From Eledone cirrhosa (taxonomy: Eukaryota), in assembly GCA_964016885.1 (NCBI GenBank), contig OZ024745.1, positions 59,830,001 through 59,894,000 of the forward strand: DNA of 64,000 nucleotides, in the 5' to 3' direction. Positions 38,736 through 52,890 of the stretch are shown in pieces. Within the stretch, counting starts at the first letter, position 1, and every line of letters starts with the position of its first letter. A program made the translations under genes and the position numbers. The notes beneath the pieces were generated by a model. The model made no database searches. It saw nothing but the letters and a program-made list of their open reading frames with translations, and had not been told where the DNA came from.

Positions 38736-40426
38736 GACTTGGAGTGAAAACCTCGACTTGGAGTGAAAACCTCGACTTGGAGTGAGAACCTCGACTTGGA
38801 GTGAGAACCTCGACTTGGAGTGAAAACCTCGACTTGGAGTGAGAACCTCGACTTGGATTGAAAACCTCGACTTGGAGTGAGAACCTCGACTTGGAGTGAG
38901 AACCTCGACTTGGAGTGAAAACCTCGACTTGGAGTGAGAACCTCGACTTGGAGTGAGAACCTCGACTTGGAGTGAGAACCTCGACTTGGAGTGAAAACCT
39001 CGACTTGGAGTGAAAACCTCGACTTGGAGTGAAAACCTCGACTTGGATTGAGAACCTCGACTTGGATTGAGAACCTCGACTTGGAGTGAAAACCTCGACT
39101 TGGAGTGAGAACCTCGACTTGGAGTGAGAACCTCGACTTGGAGTGAAAACCTCGACTTGGAGTGATAACCTCGACTTGGAGTGAGAACCTCGACTTGGAG
39201 TGAAAACCTCGACTTGGAGTGAGAACCTCGACTTGGAGTGAGAACCTCGACTTGGAGTGAAAACCTCGACTTGGAGTGAAAACCTCGACTTGGAGTGAGA
39301 ACCTCGACTTGGAGTGAAAACCTCGACTTGGAGTGAAAACCTCGACTTGGAGTGAGAACCTCGACTTGGAGTGAGAACCTCGACTTGGAGTGAGAACCTC
39401 GACTTGGAGTGAGAACCTCGACTTGGAGTGTAAACTGCGACTCTGAGTGAAAACCTCGACTTGGAGTGAGAACCTCGACTTGGAGTGAAAACCTCGACTC
39501 GGAGTGAGAACCTCGACTTGGAGTGAAAACCTCGACTTGGAGTCAGAACCTCGACTTGGAGTCAGAACCTCGACTTGGAGTCAGAACCTCGACTTGGAGT
39601 GAAAACCTCGACTTGGAGTGAAAACCTCGACTTGGAGTGAGAACCTCGACTTGGAGTGAGAACCTCGACTTGGAGTGAAAACCTCGACTTGGAGTGAGAA
39701 CCTCGACTTGGAGTGAGAACCTCGACTTGGAGTGAGAACCTCGACTTGGAGTGAGAACCTCGACTTGGAGTGAGAACCTCGACTTGGAGTGAGAACCTCG
39801 ACTTGGAGTGAAAACTTCGACTTGGAGTGAGAACCTCGACTTGGAGTGAAAACCTCGACTTGGAGTGAGAACCTCGACTTGGAGTGAGAACCTCGACTTG
39901 GAGTGAAAACCTCGACTTGGAGTGAGAACCTCGACTTGGAGTGAGAACCTCGACTTGGAGTGAAAACCTCGACTTGGAGTGAAAACCTCGACTTGGAATG
40001 AAAACCTCGACTTGGAGTGAGAACCTCGACTTGGGGTGAGAACCTCGACTTGGAGTGAGAACCTCGACTTGGAGTGAGAACCTCGACTTGGAGTGAGAAC
40101 CTCGACTTGGAGTGTAAACTGCGACTCTGAGTGAAAACCTCGACTTGGAGTGAGAACCTCGACTTGGAGTGAAAACCTCGACTTGGAGTGAGAACCTCGA
40201 CTTGGAGTCAGAACCTCGACTTGGAGTCAGAACCTTGACTTGGAGTCAGAACCTCGACTTGGAGTCAGAACCTCGACTTGGAGTGTAAACTGCGACTTGG
40301 AGTCAGAACCTCGACTTGGAGTGTAAACTGCGACTTGGAGTGAGAACCTCGACTTGGAGTGAAAACCTCGACTTGGAGTGAAAACCTCGACTTGGAGTGT
40401 AAACTGCGACTTGGAGTGTAAACTGC

Positions 40427-40844
40427 GACTTGGAGTGTAATGTACAACTTGGAGCATAATGTACAACTTGGAGCATAATGTACGACTTGGAGCATAATGT
40501 ACGACTTAGAGTGTAATGTAGGACTTAGAGTGTAATGTAGGACTTAGAGTGTAATGTAGGACTTAGAGTGTAATGTAGGACTTAGAGTGTAATGTAGGAC
40601 TAGGAGCATAATGTAGGACTAGGAGCATAATGTACGACTTGGAGTGTAATGTAGGACTTGGAGTGTAATGTAGGACTTGGAGTGTAAACTGCGAGTTGAA
40701 ATATAAATTGCGACTTGGATAGTAAACCTTGACTTGCAGTGTATTGAACAACTTGGGGTGTATACTGCGACTTGGAGTGTAAACTGCGGCTCCGAATATA
40801 AACTACGACTTGCAGTGTCATATATGACTCTGAGTGAAAACCTC
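40427..40844 (+). repeat. Cassette 24 (22 monomers, haplotype III)
   Basis: Core offset 111x19. Confidence 0.95.
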
Positions 40845-43067
40845 GACTTGGAGTGAAAACCTCGACTTGGAGTGAGAACCTCGACTTGGAGTGAGAACCT
40901 CGACTTGGAGTGAAGACCTCGACTTGGAGTGAAAACCTCGACTTGGAGTGAAAACCTCGACTTGGAGTGAGAACCTCGACTTGGAGTGAAAACCTCGACT
41001 TGGAGTGAGAACCTCGACTTGGAGTGAGAACCTCGACTTGGAGTGAAAACCTCGACTTGGAGTGAGAACCTCGACTTGGAGTGAGAACGTCGACTTGGAG
41101 TGAGAACCTCGACTTGGAGTGAAAACCTCGACTTGGAGTGAAAACCTCGACTTGGAGTGAGAACCTCGACTTGGAGTGAAAACCTCGACTTGGAGTGAAA
41201 ACCTCGACTTGGAGTGAGAACCTCGACTTGGAGTGAAAACCTCGACTTGGAGTGAGAACCTCGACTTGGAGTGAAAACCTCGACTTGGAGTGAGAACCTC
41301 GACTTGGAGTGAAAACTTCGACTTGGAGTTAGAACCTCGACTTGGAGTGAGAACCTCGACTTGGAGTGAGAACCTCGACTTGGAGTGAAAACCTCGACTT
41401 GGAGTGAGAACCTCGACTTGGAGTTAAAACCTCGACTTGGAGTGAGAACCTCGACTTGGAGTGAAAACCTCGACTTGGAGTGAGAACCTCGACTTGGAGT
41501 GAGAACCTCGACTTGGAGTGAAAACCTCGACTTGGAGAGGGAACCTCGACTTGGAGTGAGAACCTCGACTTTGAGTGAAAACCTCGACTTTGAGTGAAAA
41601 CCTCGACTTGGAGTGAAATCCTCGACTTGGAGTGAGAACCTCGACTTGGAGTGAAAACCTCGACTTGGAGTGAAAACCTCGACTTGGGGTGAAAACCTCG
41701 ACTTGGAGTGAAAACCTCGACTTGGAGTGGAAACCTCGACTTGGAGTGAAAACCTCGACTTGGGGTGGAAACCTCGACTTGGAGTGAGAACCTCGACTTG
41801 GAGTGAGAACCTCGAGTTGGAGTGAGAACCTCGACTTGGAGTGAGAACCTCGACTTGGAGTGAAAACCTCGACTTGGAGTGAAAACCTCGACTTGGAGTG
41901 AGAACCTCGACTTGGAGTGAAAACCTCGACTTGGAGTGAAAACCTCGACTTGGAGTGAAAACCTCGACTTGAAGTGAAAACCTCGACTTGGAGTGAGAAC
42001 TTCGACTTGGAGTGACAACCTCGACTTGGAGTGACAACCTCGACTTGGAGTGAAAACCTCGACTTGGAGTGAGAACCACAACTTGGAGTGAAAACCTCGA
42101 CTTGGAGTGAGAACCTCGACTTGGAGTGAAAACCTCGACTTGGAGTGAAAACCTCGACTTGGAATGAGAACCTCGACTTGGAGTGAGAACCTCGACTTGG
42201 AGTGAGAACCTCGACTTGGAGTGTAAACTGCGACTCTGAGTGAAAACCTCGACTTGGAGTGAGAACCTCGACTTGGAGTGAAAACCTAGACTTGGAGTGA
42301 GAACCTCGACTTGGAGTGAAAACCTCGACTTGGAGTGAGAACCTCGACTTGGAGTGAAAACCTCGACTTGGAGTCAGAACCTCGGTTTGGAGTCAGAACC
42401 TCGACTTGGAGTGAAAACCTCGACTTGGAGTGAAAACCTCGACTTGGAGTGAAAACCTCGACTTGGAGTGAGAACCTCGACTTGGAGTGAGAACCTCGAC
42501 TTGGAGTGAAAACCTCGACTTGGAGTGAGAACCTCTACTTGGAGTGAAAACCTCGACTTGAAGTGTAAACTGCGACTTGGAGTGAGAACCTCGACTTGGA
42601 GTGAAAACCTCGACTTGGAGTGTAAACTGCGACTTGGAGTGTAAACTGCGACTTGGAGTGTAATGTACAACTTGGAGCATAATGTACAACTTGGAGCATA
42701 ATGTACGACTTGGCGCATAATGTACGACTTAGAGTGTAATGTAGGACTTAGAGTGTAATGTAGGACTTAGAGTGTAATGTAGGACTTAGAGTGTAATGTA
42801 GGACTTAGAGTGTAATGTAGGACTAGGAGCATAATGTAGGACTAGGAGCATAATGTACGACTTGGAGTGTAATGTAGGACTTGGAGTGTAATGTAGGACT
42901 TGGAGTGTAAACTGCGAGTTGAAATATAAATTGCGACTTGGATTGTAAACCTTGACTTGCAGTGTATTGAACAACTTGGGGTGTATACTGCGGCTTGGAG
43001 TGTAAACTGCGGCTCCGAATATAAACTACGACTTGCAGTGTCATATATGACTCTGAGTGAAAACCTC
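40845..43067 (+). repeat. 117-monomer unit, copy 3
   Basis: Offset 6878 from copy 2; same markers. Confidence 0.93.
42650..43067 (+). repeat. Cassette 25 (22 monomers, haplotype I, GGCGCATAAT variant)
   Basis: Core offset 117x19. Confidence 0.95.
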
Positions 43068-44378
43068 GACTTGGAGTGAAAACCTCGACTTGGAGTGAGA
43101 ACCTCGACTTGGAGTGAGAACCTCGACTTGGAGTGAAAACCTCGACTTGGAGTGAAAACCTCGACTTGGAGTGAGAACCTCGACTTGGAGTGAGAACCTC
43201 GACTTGGAGTGAAAACCTCGACTTGGAGTGAAAACCTCGACTTGGAGTGAAAACCTCGACTTGGAGTGAAAACCTCGACTTGGAGTGAAAACCTCGACTT
43301 GGAGTGAAAACCTCGACTTGGAGTGAGAACCTCGACTTGGAGTGAAAACCTCGACTTGGAGTGAAAACCTCGACTTGGAGTGAGAACCTCGACTTGGAGT
43401 GAGAACCTCGACTTGGAGTGAGAACCTCGACTTGGAGTGAAAACCTCGACTTGGAGTGAGAACCTCGACTTGGAGTGAAAACCTCGACTTGGAGTGAGAA
43501 CCTCGACTTGGAGTGAGAACCTCGACTTGGAGTGAGAACCTCGACTTGGAGTGAGAACCTCGACTTGGAGTGAAAACCTCGACTTGGAGTGAGAACCTCG
43601 ACTTGGAGTGAGAACCTCGACTTGGAATGAAAACCTCGACTTGGAGTGAGAACCTCGACTTGGGGTGAGAACCTCGACTTGGAGTGAGAACCTCGACTTG
43701 GAGTGTAAACTGCGACTCTGAGTGAAAACCTCGACTTGGAGTGAGAACCTCGACTTGGAGTGAAAACCTCGACTTGGAGTGAAAACCTCGACTTGGAGTG
43801 AGAACCTCGACTTGGAGTGAGAACCTCGACTTGGAGTGAGAACCTCGACTTGGAGTGAGAACCTCGACTTGGAGTGTAAACTGCGACTCTGAGTGAAAAC
43901 CTCGACTTGGAGTGAGAACCTCGACTTGGAGTGAAAACCTCGACTTGGAGTCAGAACCTCGACTTGGAGTCAGAACCTCGACTTGGAGTGAAAACCTCGA
44001 CTTGGAGTGAAAACCTCGACTTGGAGTGAGAACCTCGACTTGGAGTGAGAACCTCGACTTGGAGTGAGAACCTCGACTTGGAGTGAAAACCTCGACTTGG
44101 AGTGAAAACCTCGACTTGGAGTGAGAACCTCGACTTGGAGTGAAAACCTCGACTTGGAGTGAGAACCTCGACTTGGAGTGAGAACCTCGACTTGGAGTGA
44201 GAACCTCGACTTGGAGTGAAAACCTCGACTTGGAGTGAGAACCTCGACTTGGAGTGAAAACCTCGACTTGGAGTGAGAACCTCGACTTGGAGTGAGAACC
44301 TCGACTTGGAGTGAAAACCTCGACTTGGAGTGAGAACCTCGACTTGGAGTGTAAACTGCGACTTGGAGTGTAAACTGC

Positions 44379-44796
44379 GACTTGGAGTGTAATGTACAAC
44401 TTGGAGCATAATGTACAACTTGGAGCATAATGTACGACTTGGAGCATAATGTACGACTTAGAGTGTAATGTAGGACTTAGAGTGTAATGTAGGACTTAGA
44501 GTGTAATGTAGGACTTAGAGTGTAATGTAGGACTTAGAGTGTAATGTAGGACTAGGAGCATAATGTAGGACTAGGAGCATAATGTACGACTTGGAGTGTA
44601 ATGTAGGACTTGGAGTGTAATGTAGGACTTGGAGTGTAAACTGCGAGTTGAAATATAAATTGCGACTTGGATAGTAAACCTTGACTTGCAGTGTATTGAA
44701 CAACTTGGGGTGTATACTGCGACTTGGAGTGTAAACTGCGGCTCCGAATATAAACTACGACTTGCAGTGTCATATATGACTCTGAGTGAAAACCTC
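44379..44796 (+). repeat. Cassette 26 (22 monomers, haplotype III)
   Basis: Core offset 91x19. Confidence 0.95.
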
Positions 44797-47019
44797 GACT
44801 TGGAGTGAAAACCTCGACTTGGAGTGAGAACCTCGACTTGGAGTGAGAACCTCGACTTGGAGTGAAGACCTCGACTTGGAGTGAAAACCTCGACTTGGAG
44901 TGAAAACCTCGACTTGGAGTGAGAACCTCGACTTGGAGTGAAAACCTCGACTTGGAGTGAGAACCTCGACTTGGAGTGAGAACCTCGACTTGGAGTGAAA
45001 ACCTCGACTTGGAGTGAGAACCTCGACTTGGAGTGAGAACGTCGACTTGGAGTGAGAACCTCGACTTGGAGTGAAAACCTCGACTTGGAGTGAAAACCTC
45101 GACTTGGAGTGAGAACCTCGACTTGGAGTGAAAACCTCGACTTGGAGTGAAAACCTCGACTTGGAGTGAGAACCTCGACTTGGAGTGAAAACCTCGACTT
45201 GGAGTGAGAACCTCGACTTGGAGTGAAAACCTCGACTTGGAGTGAGAACCTCGACTTGGAGTGAAAACTTCGACTTGGAGTTAGAACCTCGACTTGGAGT
45301 GAGAACCTCGACTTGGAGTGAGAACCTCGACTTGGAGTGAAAACCTCGACTTGGAGTGAGAACCTCGACTTGGAGTTAAAACCTCGACTTGGAGTGAGAA
45401 CCTCGACTTGGAGTGAAAACCTCGACTTGGAGTGAGAACCTCGACTTGGAGTGAGAACCTCGACTTGGAGTGAAAACCTCGACTTGGAGAGGGAACCTCG
45501 ACTTGGAGTGAGAACCTCGACTTTGAGTGAAAACCTCGACTTTGAGTGAAAACCTCGACTTGGAGTGAAATCCTCGACTTGGAGTGAGAACCTCGACTTG
45601 GAGTGAAAACCTCGACTTGGAGTGAAAACCTCGACTTGGGGTGAAAACCTCGACTTGGAGTGAAAACCTCGACTTGGAGTGGAAACCTCGACTTGGAGTG
45701 AAAACCTCGACTTGGGGTGGAAACCTCGACTTGGAGTGAGAACCTCGACTTGGAGTGAGAACCTCGAGTTGGAGTGAGAACCTCGACTTGGAGTGAGAAC
45801 CTCGACTTGGAGTGAAAACCTCGACTTGGAGTGAAAACCTCGACTTGGAGTGAGAACCTCGACTTGGAGTGAAAACCTCGACTTGGAGTGAAAACCTCGA
45901 CTTGGAGTGAAAACCTCGACTTGAAGTGAAAACCTCGACTTGGAGTGAGAACTTCGACTTGGAGTGACAACCTCGACTTGGAGTGACAACCTCGACTTGG
46001 AGTGAAAACCTCGACTTGGAGTGAGAACCACAACTTGGAGTGAAAACCTCGACTTGGAGTGAGAACCTCGACTTGGAGTGAAAACCTCGACTTGGAGTGA
46101 AAACCTCGACTTGGAATGAGAACCTCGACTTGGAGTGAGAACCTCGACTTGGAGTGAGAACCTCGACTTGGAGTGTAAACTGCGACTCTGAGTGAAAACC
46201 TCGACTTGGAGTGAGAACCTCGACTTGGAGTGAAAACCTAGACTTGGAGTGAGAACCTCGACTTGGAGTGAAAACCTCGACTTGGAGTGAGAACCTCGAC
46301 TTGGAGTGAAAACCTCGACTTGGAGTCAGAACCTCGGTTTGGAGTCAGAACCTCGACTTGGAGTGAAAACCTCGACTTGGAGTGAAAACCTCGACTTGGA
46401 GTGAAAACCTCGACTTGGAGTGAGAACCTCGACTTGGAGTGAGAACCTCGACTTGGAGTGAAAACCTCGACTTGGAGTGAGAACCTCTACTTGGAGTGAA
46501 AACCTCGACTTGAAGTGTAAACTGCGACTTGGAGTGAGAACCTCGACTTGGAGTGAAAACCTCGACTTGGAGTGTAAACTGCGACTTGGAGTGTAAACTG
46601 CGACTTGGAGTGTAATGTACAACTTGGAGCATAATGTACAACTTGGAGCATAATGTACGACTTGGCGCATAATGTACGACTTAGAGTGTAATGTAGGACT
46701 TAGAGTGTAATGTAGGACTTAGAGTGTAATGTAGGACTTAGAGTGTAATGTAGGACTTAGAGTGTAATGTAGGACTAGGAGCATAATGTAGGACTAGGAG
46801 CATAATGTACGACTTGGAGTGTAATGTAGGACTTGGAGTGTAATGTAGGACTTGGAGTGTAAACTGCGAGTTGAAATATAAATTGCGACTTGGATTGTAA
46901 ACCTTGACTTGCAGTGTATTGAACAACTTGGGGTGTATACTGCGGCTTGGAGTGTAAACTGCGGCTCCGAATATAAACTACGACTTGCAGTGTCATATAT
47001 GACTCTGAGTGAAAACCTC
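44797..47019 (+). repeat. 117-monomer unit, copy 4
   Basis: Offset 3952 from copy 3; same markers. Confidence 0.93.
46602..47019 (+). repeat. Cassette 27 (22 monomers, haplotype I, GGCGCATAAT variant)
   Basis: Core offset 117x19. Confidence 0.95.
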
Positions 47020-49090
47020 GACTTGGAGTGAAAACCTCGACTTGGAGTGAGAACCTCGACTTGGAGTGAGAACCTCGACTTGGAGTGAAAACCTCGACTT
47101 GGATTGAAAACCTCGACTTGGAGTGAGAACCTCGACTTGGAGTGAGAACCTCGACTTGGAGTGAAAACCTCGACTTGGAGTGAAAACCTCGACTTGGAGT
47201 GAAAACCTCGACTTGGAGTGAAAACCTCGACTTGGAGTGAAAACCTCGACTTGGAGTGAAAACCTCGACTTGGAGTGAGAACCTCGACTTGGAGTGAAAA
47301 CCTCGACTTGGAGTGAAAACCTCGACTTGGAGTGAGAACCTCGACTTGGAGTGAGAACCTCGACTTGGAGTGAGAACCTCGACTTGGAGTGAAAACCTCG
47401 ACTTGGAGTGAGAACCTCGACTTGGAGTGAAAACCTCGACTTGGAGTGAGAACCTCGACTTGGAGTGAGAACCTCGACTTGGAGTGAAAACCTCGACTTG
47501 GAGTGAGAACCTCGACTTGGAGTGAGAACCTCGACTTGGAATGAAAACCTCGACTTGGAGTGAGAACCTCGACTTGGGGTGAGAACCTCGACTTGGAGTG
47601 AGAACCTCGACTTGGAGTGTAAACTGCGACTCTGAGTGAAAACCTCGACTTGGAGTGAGAACCTCGACTTGGAGTGAAAACCTCGACTTGGAGTGAAAAC
47701 CTCGACTTGGAGTGAGAACCTCGACTTGGAGTGAGAACCTCGACTTGGAGTGAGAACCTCGACTTGGAGTGAGAACCTCGACTTGGAGTGTAAACTGCGA
47801 CTCTGAGTGAAAACCTCGACTTGGAGTGAGAACCTCGACTTGGAGTGAAAACCTCGACTTGGAGTCAGAACCTCGACTTGGAGTCAGAACCTCGACTTGG
47901 AGTGAAAACCTCGACTTGGAGTGAAAACCTCGACTTGGAGTGAGAACCTCGACTTGGAGTGAGAACCTCGACTTGGAGTGAGAACCTCGACTTGGAGTGA
48001 AAACCTCGACTTGGAGTGAAAACCTCGACTTGGAGTGAGAACCTCGACTTGGAGTGAAAACCTCGACTTGGAGTGAGAACCTCGACTTGGAGTGAGAACC
48101 TCGACTTGGAGTGAGAACCTCGACTTGGAGTGAGAACCTCGACTTGGAGTGAAAACCTCGACTTGGAGTGAGAACCTCGACTTGGAGTGAAAACCTCGAC
48201 TTGGAGTGAGAACCTCGACTTGGAGTGAGAACCTCGACTTGGAGTGAAAACCTCGACTTGGAGTGAGAACCTCGACTTGGAGTGAGAACCTCGACTTGGA
48301 GTGAAAACCTCGACTTGGAGTGAAAACCTCGACTTGGAATGAAAACCTCGACTTGGAGTGAGAACCTCGACTTGGGGTGAGAACCTCGACTTGGAGTGAG
48401 AACCTCGACTTGGAGTGAGAACCTCGACTTGGAGTGAGAACCTCGACTTGGAGTGTAAACTGCGACTCTGAGTGAAAACCTCGACTTGGAGTGAGAACCT
48501 CGACTTGGAGTGAAAACCTCGACTTGGAGTGAGAACCTCGACTTGGAGTGAAAACCTCGACTTGGAGTGAAAACCTCGATTTGGAGTGAGAACCTCGACT
48601 TGGAGTGAAAACCTCGACTTGGAGTGAAAACCTCGACTTGGAGTGAGAACCTCGACTTGGAGTGAGAACCTCGACTTGGAGTGAGAACCTCGACTTGGAG
48701 TGAGAACCTCGACTTGGAGTGTAAACTGCGACTCTGAGTGAAAACCTCGACTTGGAGTGAGAACCTCGACTTGGAGTGAAAACCTCGACTCGGAGTGAGA
48801 ACCTCGACTTGGAGTGAAAACCTCGACTTGGAGTCAGAACCTCGACTTGGAGTCAGAACCTCGACTTGGAGTCAGAACCTCGACTTGCAGTCAGAACCTC
48901 GACTTGGAGTGAAAACCTCGACTTGGAGTGAGAACCTCGACTTGGAGTGAGAACCTCGACTTGGAGTGAAAACCTCAACTTGGAGTGAGAACCTCTACTT
49001 GGAGTGAAAACCTCGACTTGGAGTGTAAACTGCGACTTGGAGTGAGAACCTCGACTTGGAGTGAAAACCTCGACTTGGAGTGTAAACTGC

Positions 49091-49527
49091 GACTTGGAGT
49101 GTAATGTACAACTTGGAGCATAATGTACAACTTGGAGCATAATGTACGACTTGGAGCATAATGTACGACTTAGAGTGTAATGTAGGACTTAGAGTGTAAT
49201 GTAGGACTTAGAGTGTAATGTAGGACTTAGAGTGTAATGTAGGACTTAGAGTGTAATGTAGGACTTAGAGTGTAATGTAGGACTAGGAGCATAATGTAGG
49301 ACTAGGAGCATAATGTACGACTTGGAGTGTAATGTAGGACTTGGAGTGTAATGTAGGACTTGGAGTGTAAACTGCGAGTTGGAATATAAATTGCGACTTG
49401 GATTGTAAACCTTGACTTGCAGTGTATTGAACAACTTGGGGTGTATACTGCGGCTTGGAGTGTAAACTGCGGCTCCGAATATAAACTACGACTTGCAGTG
49501 TCATATATGACTCTGAGTGAAAACCTC
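49091..49527 (+). repeat. Cassette 28 (23 monomers, haplotype IV)
   Basis: Core offset 132x19. Confidence 0.95.
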
Positions 49528-52453
49528 GACTTGGAGTGAAAACCTCGACTTGGAGTGAAAACCTCGACTTGGAGTGAGAACCTCGACTTGGAGTGAGAAC
49601 CTCGACTTGGAGTGAAAACCTCGACTTGGAGTGAGAACCTCGACTTGGATTGAAAACCTCGACTTGGAGTGAGAACCTCGACTTGGAGTGAGAACCTCGA
49701 CTTGGAGTGAAAACCTCGACTTGGAGTGAGAACCTCGACTTGGAGTGAGAACCTCGACTTGGAGTGAGAACCTCGACTTGGAGTGAAAACCTCGACTTGG
49801 AGTGAAAACCTCGACTTGGAGTGAAAACCTCGACTTGGATTGAGAACCTCGACTTGGAGTGAAAACCTCGACTTGGAGTGAGAACCTCGACTTGGAGTGA
49901 GAACCTCGACTTGGAGTGATAACCTCGACTTGGAGTGATAACCTCGACTTGGAGTGAGAACCTCGACTTGGAGTGAAAACCTCGACTTGGAGTGAGAACC
50001 TCGACTTGGAGTGAGAACCTCGACTTGGAGTGAAAACCTCGACTTGGAGTGAAAACCTCGACTTGGAGTGAGAACCTCGACTTGGAGTGAAAACCTCGAC
50101 TTGGAGTGAAAACCTCGACTTGGAGTGAGAACCTCGACTTGGAGTGAGAACCTCGACTTGGAGTGAGAACCTCGACTTGGAGTGAGAACCTCGACTTGGA
50201 GTGTAAACTGCGACTCTGAGTGAAAACCTCGACTTGGAGTGAGAACCTCGACTTGGAGTGAAAACCTCGACTCGGAGTGAGAACCTCGACTTGGAGTGAA
50301 AACCTCGACTTGGAGTCAGAACCTCGACTTGGAGTCAGAACCTCGACTTGGAGTCAGAACCTCGACTTGGAGTGAAAACCTCGACTTGGAGTGAAAACCT
50401 CGACTTGGAGTGAGAACCTCGACTTGGAGTGAGAACCTCGACTTGGAGTGAAAACCTCGACTTGGAGTGAGAACCTCGACTTGGAGTGAGAACCTCGACT
50501 TGGAGTGAGAACCTCGACTTGGAGTGAGAACCTCGACTTGGAGTGAGAACCTCGACTTGGAGTGAGAACCTCGACTTGGAGTGAAAACTTCGACTTGGAG
50601 TGAGAACCTCGACTTGGAGTGAAAACCTCGACTTGGAGTGAGAACCTCGACTTGGAGTGAGAACCTCGACTTGGAGTGAAAACCTCGACTTGGAGTGAGA
50701 ACCTCGACTTGGAGTGAGAACCTCGACTTGGAGTGAAAACCTCGACTTGGAGTGAAAACCTCGACTTGGAATGAAAACCTCGACTTGGAGTGAGAACCTC
50801 GACTTGGGGTGAGAACCTCGACTTGGAGTGAGAACCTCGACTTGGAGTGAGAACCTCGACTTGGAGTGAGAACCTCGACTTGGAGTGTAAACTGCGACTC
50901 TGAGTGAAAACCTCGACTTGGAGTGAGAACCTCGACTTGGAGTGAAAACCTCGACTTGGAGTGAGAACCTCGACTTGGAGTGAAAACCTCGACTTGGAGT
51001 GAAAACCTCGACTTGGAGTGAGAACCTCGACTTGGAGTGAAAACCTCGACTTGGAGTGAAAACCTCGACTTGGAGTGAGAACCTCGACTTGGAGTGAGAA
51101 CCTCGACTTGGAGTGAGAACCTCGACTTGGAGTGAGAACCTCGACTTGGAGTGTAAACTGCGACTCTGAGTGAAAACCTCGACTTGGAGTGAGAACCTCG
51201 ACTTGGAGTGAAAACCTCGACTCGGAGTGAGAACCTCGACTTGGAGTGAAAACCTCGACTTGGAGTCAGAACCTCGACTTGGAGTCAGAACCTCGACTTG
51301 GAGTCAGAACCTCGACTTGGAGTGAAAACCTCGACTTGGAGTGAAAACCTCGACTTGGAGTGAGAACCTCGACTTGGAGTGAGAACCTCGACTTGGAGTG
51401 AAAACCTCGACTTGGAGTGAGAACCTCGACTTGGAGTGAGAACCTCGACTTGGAGTGAGAACCTCGACTTGGAGTGAGAACCTCGACTTGGAGTGAGAAC
51501 CTCGACTTGGAGTGAGAACCTCGACTTGGAGTGAAAACCTCGACTTGGAGTGAGAACCTCGACTTGGAGTGAAAACCTCGACTTGGAGTGAGAACCTCGA
51601 CTTGGAGTGAGAACCTCGACTTGGAGTGAAAACCTCGACTTGGAGTGAGAACCTCGACTTGGAGTGAGAACCTCGACTTGGAGTGAAAACCTCGACTTGG
51701 AGTGAAAACCTCGACTTGGAATGAAAACCTCGACTTGGAGTGAGAACCTCGACTTGGGGTGAGAACCTCGACTTGGAGTGAGAACCTCGACTTGGAGTGA
51801 GAACCTCGACTTGGAGTGTAAACTGCGACTCTGAGTGAAAACCTCGACTTGGAGTGAGAACCTCGACTTGGAGTGAAAACCTCGACTTGGAGTGAGAACC
51901 TCGACTTGGAGTGAAAACCTCGACTTGGAGTGAAAACCTCGACTTGGAGTGAGAACCTCGACTTGGAGTGAAAACCTCGACTTGGAGTGAAAACCTCGAC
52001 TTGGAGTGAGAACCTCGACTTGGAGTGAGAACCTCGACTTGGAGTGAGAACCTCGACTTGGAGTGAGAACCTCGACTTGGAGTGTAAACTGCGACTCTGA
52101 GTGAAAACCTCGACTTGGAGTGAGAACCTCGACTTGGAGTGAAAACCTCGACTCGGAGTGAGAACCTCGACTTGGAGTGAAAACCTCGACTTGGAGTCAG
52201 AACCTCGACTTGGAGTCAGAACCTCGACTTGGAGTCAGAACCTCGACTTGCAGTCAGAACCTCGACTTGGAGTGAAAACCTCGACTTGGAGTGAGAACCT
52301 CGACTTGGAGTGAGAACCTCGACTTGGAGTGAAAACCTCAACTTGGAGTGAGAACCTCTACTTGGAGTGAAAACCTCGACTTGGAGTGTAAACTGCGACT
52401 TGGAGTGAGAACCTCGACTTGGAGTGAAAACCTCGACTTGGAGTGTAAACTGC

Positions 52454-52890
52454 GACTTGGAGTGTAATGTACAACTTGGAGCATAATGTACAACTTGGAG
52501 CATAATGTACGACTTGGAGCATAATGTACGACTTAGAGTGTAATGTAGGACTTAGAGTGTAATGTAGGACTTAGAGTGTAATGTAGGACTTAGAGTGTAA
52601 TGTAGGACTTAGAGTGTAATGTAGGACTTAGAGTGTAATGTAGGACTAGGAGCATAATGTAGGACTAGGAGCATAATGTACGACTTGGAGTGTAATGTAG
52701 GACTTGGAGTGTAATGTAGGACTTGGAGTGTAAACTGCGAGTTGGAATATAAATTGCGACTTGGATTGTAAACCTTGACTTGCAGTGTATTGAACAACTT
52801 GGGGTGTATACTGCGGCTTGGAGTGTAAACTGCGGCTCCGAATATAAACTACGACTTGCAGTGTCATATATGACTCTGAGTGAAAACCTC
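52454..52890 (+). repeat. Cassette 29 (23 monomers, haplotype IV)
   Basis: Core offset 177x19. Confidence 0.95.
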
